The translations under genes were made by a program, and so were the position numbers. From positions 1,630,168 to 1,694,167 of the forward strand of contig NZ_JAJQXW010000001.1 in assembly GCF_021246445.1 (NCBI RefSeq): a DNA stretch of 64,000 bases. Reading direction: 5' to 3'. Below the pieces are notes generated by a model. It saw nothing but the letters and a program-made list of their open reading frames with translations. It was not told where the DNA came from and ran no database searches. Positions 52,353-62,203 of the stretch are shown here, in pieces (positions within the stretch are counted from its first letter, which is position 1; each line of letters opens with the position of its first letter). The stretch is from Rhabdothermincola salaria (lineage in GTDB: Bacteria; Actinomycetota; Acidimicrobiia; Acidimicrobiales; Acidimicrobilacustridaceae).

Positions 52353-54098
52353 ATGGCCGCCCCGGCCCCGTCCCCCGCCGGCGCCGGTCCCGACCACCGC
52401 CCTCCGGGGCAGGAGGCCCACCCCTTCGTGCCCGTCGCGGTCAACCACCACCGGATCGACCCCGGCGACCTGGCCGCGTGGCGAGAGCCCCGATCCGGCC
52501 TCGTGCGCGAGGCGACGCCCGTCGTCGAGGCCGACGAGACGCTGGTGTTCGGCCTGGTCGAGGGCCCGTTCCACGAATGGGAGCGTCGGGTCCACATCGG
52601 TGACGGCGACACGTCGCCGGGCGACGCCGAGCGCACGGCCACTGCCGCCGACGGCACCGTCGAGGTGACCGAGACGGTCCGCTACCGCCTCGCCGTGCCG
52701 GTCTGGGCCCCGCTGTTCTCGTTCGCCCTGCGGCGCCACCTGCGCGCCGGCGGCCCTCCCACCGGGTCGATGCCCTGGTGGGCGCCGCCCCAGGTGCTCG
52801 ACGCCCGGGCCGCGACCGTGCTGTCGCTGCTCTGCGTGCTCGGCGCCTTCGGCGGCTACCTCGGCACCCTCATCACCCAGACGATCACCTACGCGGCCCG
52901 TGAGTTCGACGCCTCGACCACCGATCAGGGCACGCTCCTCGCCAGCGTCCGCATCGGTGTGCTGGTCTCGCTCGTGGTGGTGTCGGTGGCCGACCGGCGC
53001 GGCCGGCGGGCCGTGCTGTTGGCCGCCATCGTGGGGGCCGCGGTCATCACCGCCCTCGGCGCCCTGGCTCCCGGGATGGTCTGGTTGGGCACCACTCAGA
53101 CCTTCTCGCGCGCCCTGACTACGGTCGTCGCCCTGCTCATCGGGATCATCGCCATCGAGGAGATGCCGTCGGGGGCACGGGCCTTCGCCGTGTCGGTGCT
53201 GGCCATGACCGCGGCGCTCGGCGCCGGCGCCTGCGTGGCCAACCTCCTCTACGCCGACGTGGCCGAAGGGGCCTGGCGGGTGGCCTACGTGCTGCCCCTG
53301 CTGGCCGTCGCGCCCATGGTCCGCCTGGCCCGACGGGTCCCCGAGACGCGCCGCTTCGAACGCCACCGGCTCGGTCCGGCCCGTCGCACCGACACCGGTG
53401 GCCCCGAAGACCTCGCCGCTCCCGAGCCGGTTGACGTGCCCTCTCCGGGCCCCTCGGTGCCCGGGCCCGACGCTCCCGCGATGGCGCCCGGTCGCGGCCG
53501 ACGAGTCGACTGGGGACGCTTCGCGCTGCTGTCGGCCTCGGGCTTTTGCTGGTCGCTCTTCCTCGCCCCTGCCGCGCAGTTCCTCAACGAGTACCTGCGG
53601 GCCGAGCGGGGCTTCTCGGGCGTGGAGATCACCATCTTCTTGCTCGCCACCAACACCCCCGGCGGTATCGGGGTCATCGTGGGCGGCCGCTTGGCCGATC
53701 GGCGAGGGCGCCGGCTCATGGGCATCATCGGCATCGTCGGAGGGGTCGGCTTCACCGTGATCTCCTACGTGACATGGGGCTGGCCGCTCTGGGCGTCGTC
53801 GGTCATGGCCGCCGTCATCGGTTCGGTGGCCATCCCGGCGCTGGGCGTCTACGGCCCCGAGCTGTTCCCCACCGGCCAGCGGGGGCTGGCCAACGGCGGC
53901 CTGCAGGTGATCAGCGTGGCCGGTTCCAGCCTCGGGCTGTTGACCGCGGGCTGGTTGGCCGACCGCTTCGACGCCCTCGGCCCGGCCATGGCGGTGCTGG
54001 CCGTCGGCCCCGCCCTGTTGGTGGTGTTCGTCGCGCTCTGGTACCCGGAGACGGCCCACCGAGAGCTCGAGGACCTCAACCCGAGCGACCGCCTCTGA
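52353..54098 (+). CDS. MFS transporter with an extra N-terminal soluble domain
   Basis: ADRRGRR twice, EEMPSGARA, ELFPTGQRG, PETAHRELE; about 140-aa N-terminal extension. Confidence 0.85.
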   Translation: MAAPAPSPAGAGPDHRPPGQEAHPFVPVAVNHHRIDPGDLAAWREPRSGLVREATPVVEADETLVFGLVEGPFHEWERRVHIGDGDTSPGDAERTATAADGTVEVTETVRYRLAVPVWAPLFSFALRRHLRAGGPPTGSMPWWAPPQVLDARAATVLSLLCVLGAFGGYLGTLITQTITYAAREFDASTTDQGTLLASVRIGVLVSLVVVSVADRRGRRAVLLAAIVGAAVITALGALAPGMVWLGTTQTFSRALTTVVALLIGIIAIEEMPSGARAFAVSVLAMTAALGAGACVANLLYADVAEGAWRVAYVLPLLAVAPMVRLARRVPETRRFERHRLGPARRTDTGGPEDLAAPEPVDVPSPGPSVPGPDAPAMAPGRGRRVDWGRFALLSASGFCWSLFLAPAAQFLNEYLRAERGFSGVEITIFLLATNTPGGIGVIVGGRLADRRGRRLMGIIGIVGGVGFTVISYVTWGWPLWASSVMAAVIGSVAIPALGVYGPELFPTGQRGLANGGLQVISVAGSSLGLLTAGWLADRFDALGPAMAVLAVGPALLVVFVALWYPETAHRELEDLNPSDRL

Positions 54099-54195
54099 GC
54101 GAACCCCGCCATCGTGTGCGGCCTCTCCCGTCGGAGATGAAAACGCCGGTGCGCGCCATGCGACGCCGCCCACTTCCCCAGTACCCTTCACCCCC

Positions 54196-55002
54196 ATGCG
54201 CACCCGCCTCGCGGCGGTGGTGGCCACTCTCGGTCTGATCCTCGCCGCCTGCGGCGGATCGAGCTCGGAGACCACCGCCGACACCGTCCCCGTCGTCACC
54301 GTCCCCACCACCGAGGCGACGACGACCACCGCGTCGCTGCCGTTCGGCTGCGGCGCCGTCGCCGACCGCACCATCAGCTACAACGCCGCCGCCGTGAACC
54401 AGGGCGACCTGGCCGTGTACGACGCGCCCGGCGCAGCCGAACCGGTGAGCTCCATGGAGAACCCACGGCTCATCAACGGCGACCCCAACGCCGCCGTCCC
54501 GCTGGTGATGCTGGTCAAGGACGCCCCCGTCACCGACGACTGCCAGTGGGTCGAGGTCTTCCTCCCCGTGCGCCCCAACGGGTCGAGCGGTTGGGTGAAG
54601 CGCAGCGACGTGGAGATCAGCGCCAACCCCTTCCGCATCGAGACCGACCTCGGCGACTTCACCCTCACCGTGCTCCAGGACGGCGAGCCCATCAAGGAGA
54701 TCGACATCGCCGTCGCCTCCGACAACACGCCGACCCCGGGCGGGCTGTACTACATCACCGAGCTGGTGCAGACCCCCGACCCCGGCGGAGCCTACGGGCC
54801 GTTCGCCTACGGTCTGTCGGGGTTCTCCGACGTGCTCACCTCGTTCAACGGCGGGCCGGGCCAGCTCGGGATCCACGGCACCAACCGTCCCGAGCTCATC
54901 GGCTCCAAGGTCAGCAACGGCTGCATCCGCATGCACAACGACGACATCGTCGCCCTGTCCGAGATCCTTCCTCTCGGCGTACCCGTCGAGGTGATCGCCT
55001 GA
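54196..55002 (+). CDS. L,D-transpeptidase (YkuD) lipoprotein
   Basis: Lipobox LAAC; RPNGSSGWV, TPTPGG, GIHGTN...SNGCIRM. Confidence 0.93.
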   Translation: MRTRLAAVVATLGLILAACGGSSSETTADTVPVVTVPTTEATTTTASLPFGCGAVADRTISYNAAAVNQGDLAVYDAPGAAEPVSSMENPRLINGDPNAAVPLVMLVKDAPVTDDCQWVEVFLPVRPNGSSGWVKRSDVEISANPFRIETDLGDFTLTVLQDGEPIKEIDIAVASDNTPTPGGLYYITELVQTPDPGGAYGPFAYGLSGFSDVLTSFNGGPGQLGIHGTNRPELIGSKVSNGCIRMHNDDIVALSEILPLGVPVEVIA

Positions 55003-55754
55003 GCGCGCTGCGAGCCCCCCGGCTCGCCATCGCCGCCCTGGCCACCGCGGCGCTGCTCACCGCTGGCTGCTCCGACAACTCCGACGACGCCACCACCACC
55101 ACCGAGCCCGCGACCGGCCCTTCCAGCACCGTCGAGGGCGCGACACGGGCCCCGGAGGGCGAGGTGGCCGTCGCCGGCGCCCTGCTGCCCGCCGTCGCCA
55201 CTGACCAGACGCTGCCCCCGCAGGATGTGACATCGGTGCGACGGGTCTACGACGAGGCCTTCGCGTCCATGGGTCTGCGCCTCACCCGCGCGGCTCTGAT
55301 CGACCTCGAGGGCGGCCGCTACGAGCCGTCCCCCGACGGTCGCCACCTGGCGCTGTACGTCGAGCCGATCGACCCCGCCTACTCCACCGACCAGTACGCC
55401 GAACGGCTGTGGACGCTCTCGGCGCTCGTCACCCCGGACGTGTTCGAACGCTGGCCCGAGCTCGAGTCCTACGACATCTGCCAGGAGCCCCACCCCGACG
55501 TCAACGACGACCCGGAGCCCCCGCCCGTCACCCAGCTCAACATCACCCGAGCCAAGGCGGACCTCATCGACTGGGTCGACGGCGACCTCGTGGAGCTGCT
55601 GATCGCTGCCCGCACCGACAACGACGTGCGGGTCATCATCAACCGAGCGGTGCGGGAGTCCCCGGTCTACGCCGAGGCGACCACCGAGGCCCGAGCGGCG
55701 ACCGGCGCAGCCGACACCCCGGTGCTCTCCGCCCCTCCCACCTCCACCGGCTGA
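54999..55754 (+). CDS. Lipoprotein of unknown function (probable CTG start)
   Basis: Lipobox TAGC, Thr-rich linker, typical codon bias; CTGA overlap with the upstream stop and a GAGGTG SD. Confidence 0.72.
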   Translation: MSALRAPRLAIAALATAALLTAGCSDNSDDATTTTEPATGPSSTVEGATRAPEGEVAVAGALLPAVATDQTLPPQDVTSVRRVYDEAFASMGLRLTRAALIDLEGGRYEPSPDGRHLALYVEPIDPAYSTDQYAERLWTLSALVTPDVFERWPELESYDICQEPHPDVNDDPEPPPVTQLNITRAKADLIDWVDGDLVELLIAARTDNDVRVIINRAVRESPVYAEATTEARAATGAADTPVLSAPPTSTG

Positions 55755-55782
55755 GCGTCCTTCGCCCCGACCGCCCGCTCGC

Positions 55783-55840
55783 CGAACCTGTCGGAAAAGT
55801 GCGCTCCCGGTGTGGTGCGTTTCTCCGACAGGTTTGCCGG
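55783..55840. repeat. Palindromic intergenic repeat, copy 3, followed by a partial tandem duplication to 55875
   Basis: CGAACCTGTCGGAAAAGTGCGC...GTGCGTTTCTCCGACAGGTTTGCCGG; GACAG(G/A)TTTGCCGGAGGGG occurs at 55827 and 55857. Confidence 0.8.
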
Positions 55841-55891
55841 AGGGGGTCAGGGCCCGGACAGATTTGCCGGAGGGGACAAGGGACCGGCCGG

Positions 55892-56455
55892 TCAGGCGAG
55901 GGTGGCGAGCCAGTCGGCGACGGCGGCCACGATGGCCTCGTCGGCGTTGCGGGGATCGTGCCCGCCCTTCAACCACACGAAGCTCACCGGGCCGGGGATG
56001 GCCGCGGTGGTCGCCTCGAACTCGGCCGGCGAGCCGAACGGGTCCTTCTCGCCGCTGACGAACAGCACCGGCAGATCGAGGGCCGCGAAGTGGTCGGTGC
56101 GCAGCTTCTCGGGCTTGCCCGGCGGGTGGAGCGGGTAGCTGAGCAGCACCAGGCCGGCGGCGGGCAGGCCCTCGGCGACGGCCATCGAGCACATGCGGCC
56201 ACCGAAGGAACGTCCGCCCAGCACCAGTGACCCGGGGTCGACGCCGGTCTCGGCGACGAGCGCCTCTGCTTCTTCGACGACTGCGGCCACGGCGACAGGG
56301 GCCCGATCCGGGGCCTTCTTGCCGGCCTTGCGGTACGGGAAGTCCATGCGTCCCACCGGTAGCGGGGCCAGGCCCTCCTCGAGGGCCACCAGGGTGTGGT
56401 GATCGCGGTCGGCACCGGCCCCGGGGGCCAACAGCACGCCCCCGGCCGAGGTCAC
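55892..56455 (-). CDS. Alpha/beta hydrolase (KANL3/Tex30-like)
   Basis: PGAGA, GGRSFGGR, YPLHPPGKP, GEKDPFG, GGH. Confidence 0.92.
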   Translation of the reverse strand: MTSAGGVLLAPGAGADRDHHTLVALEEGLAPLPVGRMDFPYRKAGKKAPDRAPVAVAAVVEEAEALVAETGVDPGSLVLGGRSFGGRMCSMAVAEGLPAAGLVLLSYPLHPPGKPEKLRTDHFAALDLPVLFVSGEKDPFGSPAEFEATTAAIPGPVSFVWLKGGHDPRNADEAIVAAVADWLATLA

Positions 56456-58098
56456 GAGGCTGCCGCCCGACGCTCGGCGTCCACCCGGAGCTCGCCCTTG
56501 GCCACCTTGCCGCCGGACGAGCGCGGGATCTCGTCGACGACCACCAGCCGCTCGGGGTACCACTCGGTGGTGACACCCCGCTCGCGCAGGTGAGCCACCA
56601 GGGCGTCGAGGTCGAGGGTGGTGTCCGGGCGGAGCTCGACGTACACGCAGACCCGCTCGCCGAACACCGGGTCGGGCCAGGCCACCGCCGCCACCATGGC
56701 CACCGCCGGGTGGGTGCCCACCTCGGCCTCCACCGCCGGAGCGCTGATGTTCTTGCCGCCACGGATGATGAAGTCCGAGGTGCGGCCCACGACCGTCAGA
56801 TAGCCGTCGGGATCGATCTCGACGATGTCGCCCATCAGCATCCACCCGTCGTCGGTGAGCAGCGAGGCGTTGGCCTCGTCGTCGGCCCAGTAGCCGAGGC
56901 AGGTGACCGGCCCACGGCACCCGGGCTGCCCCGGCCGACCCTCGCCGGTGGTGTCGGCGCCGGTCTCGGGATCGAACAGCCGGACGTGCATGGCGTCGAT
57001 CGTGCGTCCGGCCGTGGTGAGGCGGTGCTCACGGTCGTCGCGGGTGGTCGTGCAGCTCAAGGCCCCCGTCTCGTTGGAGCCGTAGAACTGCAGCACCGAC
57101 GCACCCGTGGTCTGCTCGAAGTCGGCGGCTCGTTGGAAGGGCACCGCCTCGCCTCCGGTGAACATGCACCGCAGCGACGACAGGTCGCGGGGGCGTTCGG
57201 CCTGGGCGTTGAGCAACATGATGAACTGCGTGCTGACGCAGCACAGGACCGTGACCCGCTCGCGTTCGATGAGGTCGAGGGCGGCCTCGGCGTCGAAGCG
57301 CTCCATGACGACGGTGGGGCAGCCGAGCAGCGTCGGCGTGAAGTGCGCGGTCCAGAGGCCGAAGCCGAACGGCGCCGGCAGGAGGCTCATGAACACCTCG
57401 CCGTCGCCGAACTCTCCGGCCTCGAGGGCCATGCGGTGGTAGGCGATCCAGCGGTTCTGGGTGTGCATCACGCACTTGGGCAGCCCGGTCGTGCCCGAGG
57501 TGGAGTTGAGCAGGAACAGCTCGTCGGGGTCGAGCGCCAGGTTCGGAGCGAGCACGCCCGGCGTGGCCGGGTGGCCGTCGACCTGGATCTGGGCGGCCAC
57601 GGCCGGCAGGGCGTCGGGCACCACGACGTGGTGCTCGAGGGGGGCGCCGGCGGCGCGGGCCACCTCGACCAGCTCGCTGGTGCGACGGCCCCGGAGGGAG
57701 TCGACGGTGAGCAGGGCGCGGGCGCCGGAACGGCCGGCCAGATGGGCCACCTCGGCGTCGCCGGCCCGGGTGCCGATGCCCATGGTGACCAGGCCGGCGC
57801 GCTGCAGGGCGTGGAAGGCCACGTGCACGATGGCGGTGTCGGGCAACATCACGGCCACCCGGTCTCCCCGGTCGAGGCCGAGGCCGGCCAGCACCTCGGC
57901 CAACACCGTGGCCGCCCGGTCGAGCTCGCCCCACGTGACCCGCTCGGTGGCGGTGACGTAGGCCGCCCGCTCGGTGCGGTGGACGGCGTGCGCGGCCAGC
58001 GTGTCGCCGAGGGTGGTGTCGCCCCACCAGCCCTCGGCGCGGTAGCGCGCCGCGGCGTCGGCGTCGGCACGGGGCACGGTGATCGGCCCGGGGTTCAT
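56452..58098 (-). CDS. Acyl-CoA synthetase (AMP-binding enzyme)
   Basis: STSGTTGLPK, YGSNE, MGD, GRTSDFIIRGGKNI, GGKVAK. Confidence 0.93.
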   Translation of the reverse strand: MNPGPITVPRADADAAARYRAEGWWGDTTLGDTLAAHAVHRTERAAYVTATERVTWGELDRAATVLAEVLAGLGLDRGDRVAVMLPDTAIVHVAFHALQRAGLVTMGIGTRAGDAEVAHLAGRSGARALLTVDSLRGRRTSELVEVARAAGAPLEHHVVVPDALPAVAAQIQVDGHPATPGVLAPNLALDPDELFLLNSTSGTTGLPKCVMHTQNRWIAYHRMALEAGEFGDGEVFMSLLPAPFGFGLWTAHFTPTLLGCPTVVMERFDAEAALDLIERERVTVLCCVSTQFIMLLNAQAERPRDLSSLRCMFTGGEAVPFQRAADFEQTTGASVLQFYGSNETGALSCTTTRDDREHRLTTAGRTIDAMHVRLFDPETGADTTGEGRPGQPGCRGPVTCLGYWADDEANASLLTDDGWMLMGDIVEIDPDGYLTVVGRTSDFIIRGGKNISAPAVEAEVGTHPAVAMVAAVAWPDPVFGERVCVYVELRPDTTLDLDALVAHLRERGVTTEWYPERLVVVDEIPRSSGGKVAKGELRVDAERRAAAS

Positions 58099-59540
58099 CG
58101 GCCGAGGCGAGCGGCGAGCAGCGCGGCGGCCTCGGTCTCGACCGGAGTGCCCACGTAGAAGTCCGGGTTGGCGCCCCCGTGCAGCAGCACCGGGTTGTCG
58201 AAGGTGAACGCCTTGAACTGCTCGGGGGTGAGGATGCCGTGCTCGAGCAGCTCGTAGGCCTCGACCATGACGTCGCCCATGACCGGCGCGTCCCAGTGCG
58301 AGACGTCGCTGCCCAGGACGGGCCGCAGCTGCGCCGGGGTGCCTTCGAGGTCGAGGCCGAAGGCGAACCCGACCAGGGGGTCGTCGGCCTCGCAGCCGAA
58401 GAAGAGGCGGTTCTCGAACGGCTCGAGGATGTCCTCGACGCTCGTCACGCCGGCGGCGGCGAACTCGTCGAGCTGCTCGGGTCGACCCGGGCGGCGCGAG
58501 AGGTACTCGCCGATCCGGTCGAGGTTGGCCCTCATCTGATCATCGCCGTAGCGCTCGACGAGGGCCAGGACGGCGGCCACGTCGAGGTTGGCAGGATCGA
58601 GATCGGCGATGGCGTGGCCGCCCCGCTTGTTCCAGTGGCCGACGAGATCGGCGAGGAGGCTGGCGGCCCAGGCCACGCCACCCTCGAGGAAGCCGATGCG
58701 CAGCTCCGGGTGGCGGCGCAGCGCTCCACCGAGGAACAGGGCCTTGGCCAGCACGGTGTGGGCTCCGGCGATGCCGCCCACGTGGTTGTAGACGTAGCTC
58801 GACACGGAGCGAGCGGAGTGCGAGTACTGCAATGACGAGTGGAAGGCCGGGGCCAGGCCCAGCTCGACGCAGGTGGCCCAGACGGGGTCGTAGTCGTGGG
58901 CACTGTCGAGGCCGAACACGTCGAGGCGGGTGCCGCCCGACGGAACCGGGCGAGCCACGTTGCCCGCCAGCACGACGCTCTTCATGCCCAGCTCCTCGGC
59001 CGCGTAGCGCAGCTCGCCGACGGCCATCTCGGGCGTGTCCATGGGGATGACCCCGGCCGGGACGAACCGATCCTCATAGCCGGCGAACAGACGCGAGATG
59101 TAGCGGTTGACGCCACGGCAGGCATGGGCTCGCAGCTCGTCATCGCCGGCCTCCACGAACCCGAGCGTCCAGCTGGGGTAGATGCACATCACGTCGATGC
59201 CCAGCTCGTCGAGTCGCTCGTACATGAGCGCCGGCAGGTGGGCGGTGGCCCGCTCGTGGGCGTCGTCGGTGGGGTTGCCCCACCACGACGGCATGGAGGC
59301 CCACCGCTCGAGGACCTCGGGGGCTGAGCGGTCGGCCTGGAAGACGGCGGTGTCGAAGGCGCCCCGCACCTGGGTGCGGAAGCGCTCGGCGAGGGCGGTC
59401 CCGCCGCTCTCCTCGAGGTAGGAGGTGATCTCGTCGTTGACGAGCGGCATGAACTCGAGGAAGTGCCCGTCGCCGTCGACGATCGGGTGTCCGACGCGTC
59501 GGCGGACCTCGGCGGCGGTGAGCATGTCGGTGGCGGTCAT
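58095..59540 (-). CDS. Amidohydrolase family protein (amidohydro_2-like)
   Basis: VDGDGH, YDPVW, FH, FLEGG, GCEADD, GSDVSHWD. Confidence 0.9.
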   Translation of the reverse strand: MTATDMLTAAEVRRRVGHPIVDGDGHFLEFMPLVNDEITSYLEESGGTALAERFRTQVRGAFDTAVFQADRSAPEVLERWASMPSWWGNPTDDAHERATAHLPALMYERLDELGIDVMCIYPSWTLGFVEAGDDELRAHACRGVNRYISRLFAGYEDRFVPAGVIPMDTPEMAVGELRYAAEELGMKSVVLAGNVARPVPSGGTRLDVFGLDSAHDYDPVWATCVELGLAPAFHSSLQYSHSARSVSSYVYNHVGGIAGAHTVLAKALFLGGALRRHPELRIGFLEGGVAWAASLLADLVGHWNKRGGHAIADLDPANLDVAAVLALVERYGDDQMRANLDRIGEYLSRRPGRPEQLDEFAAAGVTSVEDILEPFENRLFFGCEADDPLVGFAFGLDLEGTPAQLRPVLGSDVSHWDAPVMGDVMVEAYELLEHGILTPEQFKAFTFDNPVLLHGGANPDFYVGTPVETEAAALLAARLGR

Positions 59541-59654
59541 GGAGTTCCCCCTCGATCGGACCGTGAAGAGCGACCAACCTACCGGCCGTTAGGGTGCTCG
59601 GGAACCAGCCGGGGCGGCCACCACCGCCGACGCAGCCGACACGCAGGGGGCTCG

Positions 59655-60593
59655 ATGCACAAGGACGACGTACGACCGATCCGCAGCCTGGTGTTCGTAC
59701 CGGGCGACGACGCCGGTGCGCTCGACACGAGCCGATCCAGTGGCGCCGATGCGGTCGTCGTCGACCTCGAGGAACCGCGCGAGCCCTTCTCCGACGAGCA
59801 GCGTCGCGACGCCGGTCGGATGGTGGGCGAGTTCCTGCGCTCGCTGCCCGACGACGGCGACCACCCCAGCTACTTCGTGCGGGTGCGCTCCCCGCGCACG
59901 GGTCTCATGTACCGCGACCTGCACCCGGTGCTGTGCGGGGCGCTCACCGGCGTGCTCACCCCGAAGCTCGAGGACGGTCGCGACGTGGTCGCCGCCGACG
60001 CCATCGTGACCGCCGCGGAGGTCGAGAACGACGTGGCCGTGGGCACGGTCGCCCTGTACCCCATCCTCGAGACGGCCGCCGCCCTGCGCAACGCCTACGA
60101 CATCGCCGACGCGTCGCCTCGCGTGGCCTACATGGGCGGCGCCATCTCCCGCTTCGGCGACATCCACCAGAGCGTCGGCTACCGGTGGACCGCCGAGGGC
60201 ACCGAGACGCTCTTCATCCGCTCCAAGGTGCTGATCGACTGCCGGGCGGCCGGCATCAAGTACCCGATCAGCGGCATGTGGGGCGGCACCAACGACGACC
60301 TCGACGGACTGCGGCGCTTCGCGACCGAGCTGCGCGACCTCGGTTACTTCGGGATGATGCTCAACACCGCCGAGCACGTCGACGTGGTCCACGAGGTCTT
60401 CTCCCCCACCGCCGACGAGGTCCGCTACTGGGCCGACCTCGACCGGCTGGCCACCGAGGCCGCCGCCGACCCCGACGCCGGTCCCATCACCTACGGCGAT
60501 CCCAACGACGGCGAGGGCCACGTCGTGCACGGCGCCCACGTGGCGTCGGCTCGCAAGAACCTGGCGTGGGCCCGGGAGCTGGGCCTGGCCTGA
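59655..60593 (+). CDS. Citrate lyase beta-like / HpcH aldolase family CoA-ester lyase
   Basis: RSLVFVPGD, GADAVVVDLEE, FVRV, PK, ILETAA, VFSPT. Confidence 0.88.
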   Translation: MHKDDVRPIRSLVFVPGDDAGALDTSRSSGADAVVVDLEEPREPFSDEQRRDAGRMVGEFLRSLPDDGDHPSYFVRVRSPRTGLMYRDLHPVLCGALTGVLTPKLEDGRDVVAADAIVTAAEVENDVAVGTVALYPILETAAALRNAYDIADASPRVAYMGGAISRFGDIHQSVGYRWTAEGTETLFIRSKVLIDCRAAGIKYPISGMWGGTNDDLDGLRRFATELRDLGYFGMMLNTAEHVDVVHEVFSPTADEVRYWADLDRLATEAAADPDAGPITYGDPNDGEGHVVHGAHVASARKNLAWARELGLA

Positions 60594-60711
60594 CGGCGCC
60601 GCCGCCCGGCCCCGCCCCCGGACACCCGACGACCGCTCCCAGGGGAACCCTGCGGCGGGGAACGGACGCGGCCGGCGAGGCTCGCGACCGCGCCCACGGC
60701 GGCCAGCTCAG

Positions 60712-61431
60712 CTAGCCGCCGGTGAGGATGCGGCGGGCCTCGGCCAGGTCGGCGATGCGCTGGGCCGCGCCCTCGTCGGCTGCGCCGTGGTCGGGATGAG
60801 CCTCGCGCAGCAGCTCGCGATAGCGGCGCACCACGTCGCGTGGCGGCGGCGCGACCAGGGTGGTCGCCCCTCCCCCACCGAAGCCCATGACGGTCATGGC
60901 CCAGGCCGTCGGGTTCTCGAGCGCCATGTGGTCGAACGAGGTCCCCCGAGCTCCGCCGGCGACGACGCCGATGAAGTCGGTGCCCACGGGCCCCACCCAC
61001 CGGGTGGCGCGTCGCAGCGAGGACATGACCGAGTGGCGCGCGCCGGGCTCGAGCCGGCCGGCGGCGTACACGGCCCCGAGGACCTGCTGTTCGGGGGCGC
61101 CGCCGTCGCCGAACTGGAACCAGAGCCGCTCGCCGTCACCGTGGAGGCGGTGGCTCACCGCGTTGAGCCCGACCGTGTCGACCTGGAGTCGATGGCGAAG
61201 TCGCGGCTGGGGGATGCGGCGACCGTCCTCGAGCTCGCGGGTCAGCCGGGCCAGGTCGGGCAGGTGGTCGGGGTCGATGGCCCCCACGTGCTCGGCCACG
61301 ATGCCGGCCAGCAGCACCCCACCGAAGCCCGGGGCCGGCTCGCACGGGAGGTCGATCTCTCCGAGGGCGACCCGCCGGGTGGGCGCGTGGGGGCGAGAGC
61401 AGAAGATCTCGAGCTCGGCCAACACCACCAC
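60712..61431 (-). CDS. Protein with a C-terminal J-domain
   Basis: VVRRYRELLREAHPDHG...RIADLAEARRIL. Confidence 0.8.
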   Translation of the reverse strand: MVVLAELEIFCSRPHAPTRRVALGEIDLPCEPAPGFGGVLLAGIVAEHVGAIDPDHLPDLARLTRELEDGRRIPQPRLRHRLQVDTVGLNAVSHRLHGDGERLWFQFGDGGAPEQQVLGAVYAAGRLEPGARHSVMSSLRRATRWVGPVGTDFIGVVAGGARGTSFDHMALENPTAWAMTVMGFGGGGATTLVAPPPRDVVRRYRELLREAHPDHGAADEGAAQRIADLAEARRILTGG

Positions 61432-61451
61432 AGCGCCGAGGGTATCGGCGC

Positions 61452-62114
61452 CTAGACGAGCGGCCTCAGCCGGGCCCGCAGGTCTTCGGCCAGCGCCTCG
61501 ACGTGCTCCCCGCCGCCCGGGCCCGGCTCGACCTCCTGGGTGAGCACCGCCGCGATCCTGGCCACGGCGGACACCAGGTCGTCCCAGACAGCGGGCTCGA
61601 AGCCGAAGGGGAGCCCCATGGACTGCATGGTCCCGTGCACCTCGACGAGGGCCAGCACCCCTTCCGGATCCGAAGCCCGACGGTTCAGCCGGTCGGCGGC
61701 CAGGAACGCCTCACCCAAGACCTCCTGGGCGTCGACGTCGTCGTCCCATCCCTCCGCGTCGTCCCACTCGTCGCCGTCAGGGTCGCCGCCGGCCTCCCCT
61801 TCGGCTTCGCCGCCGGAGCCGAGGGCGTCGTGGACCGCCGGCTCGGCCATCGTCCCCGGCGTGGCGGCCATCTCGACCTGGTCGATGAGCTCGTCGACGA
61901 CGTACTGGGAACCTCGGGGCACCACCACGGTGGCGCCCTGCCAGGCGTGGGGGATGTCCTCACCGGTCAGGAGACGGTCGAGGAGGGCACGATCCTCGAC
62001 GGACCAGTCGTCGAGAGGGAACTCGGTGCGGGCCTCGGCGGCATCGTCGTCGGAGGCGATGCCGGCCGCTGCGCCTTCGGTGTCGTCGGTTCCGTCACGG
62101 AGGTGGTCGGCCAC
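61452..62114 (-). CDS. Acidic hypothetical protein
   Basis: Typical codon bias; start placed after a CATACT -10. Confidence 0.65.
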   Translation of the reverse strand: MADHLRDGTDDTEGAAAGIASDDDAAEARTEFPLDDWSVEDRALLDRLLTGEDIPHAWQGATVVVPRGSQYVVDELIDQVEMAATPGTMAEPAVHDALGSGGEAEGEAGGDPDGDEWDDAEGWDDDVDAQEVLGEAFLAADRLNRRASDPEGVLALVEVHGTMQSMGLPFGFEPAVWDDLVSAVARIAAVLTQEVEPGPGGGEHVEALAEDLRARLRPLV

Positions 62115-62203
62115 CGTTGCAGTATGGCCCCTCGGACCCGGACGTCGGGCAACGGGCGGCCGCCGGGGCCGGCCCGTTCGGCGCACCCAAGTAGTCTCGG
62201 CCC

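Noticed and set aside
55783..55875. CRISPR-like repeats
   Set aside because: Only one partial duplication, no regular spacers and no cas genes.
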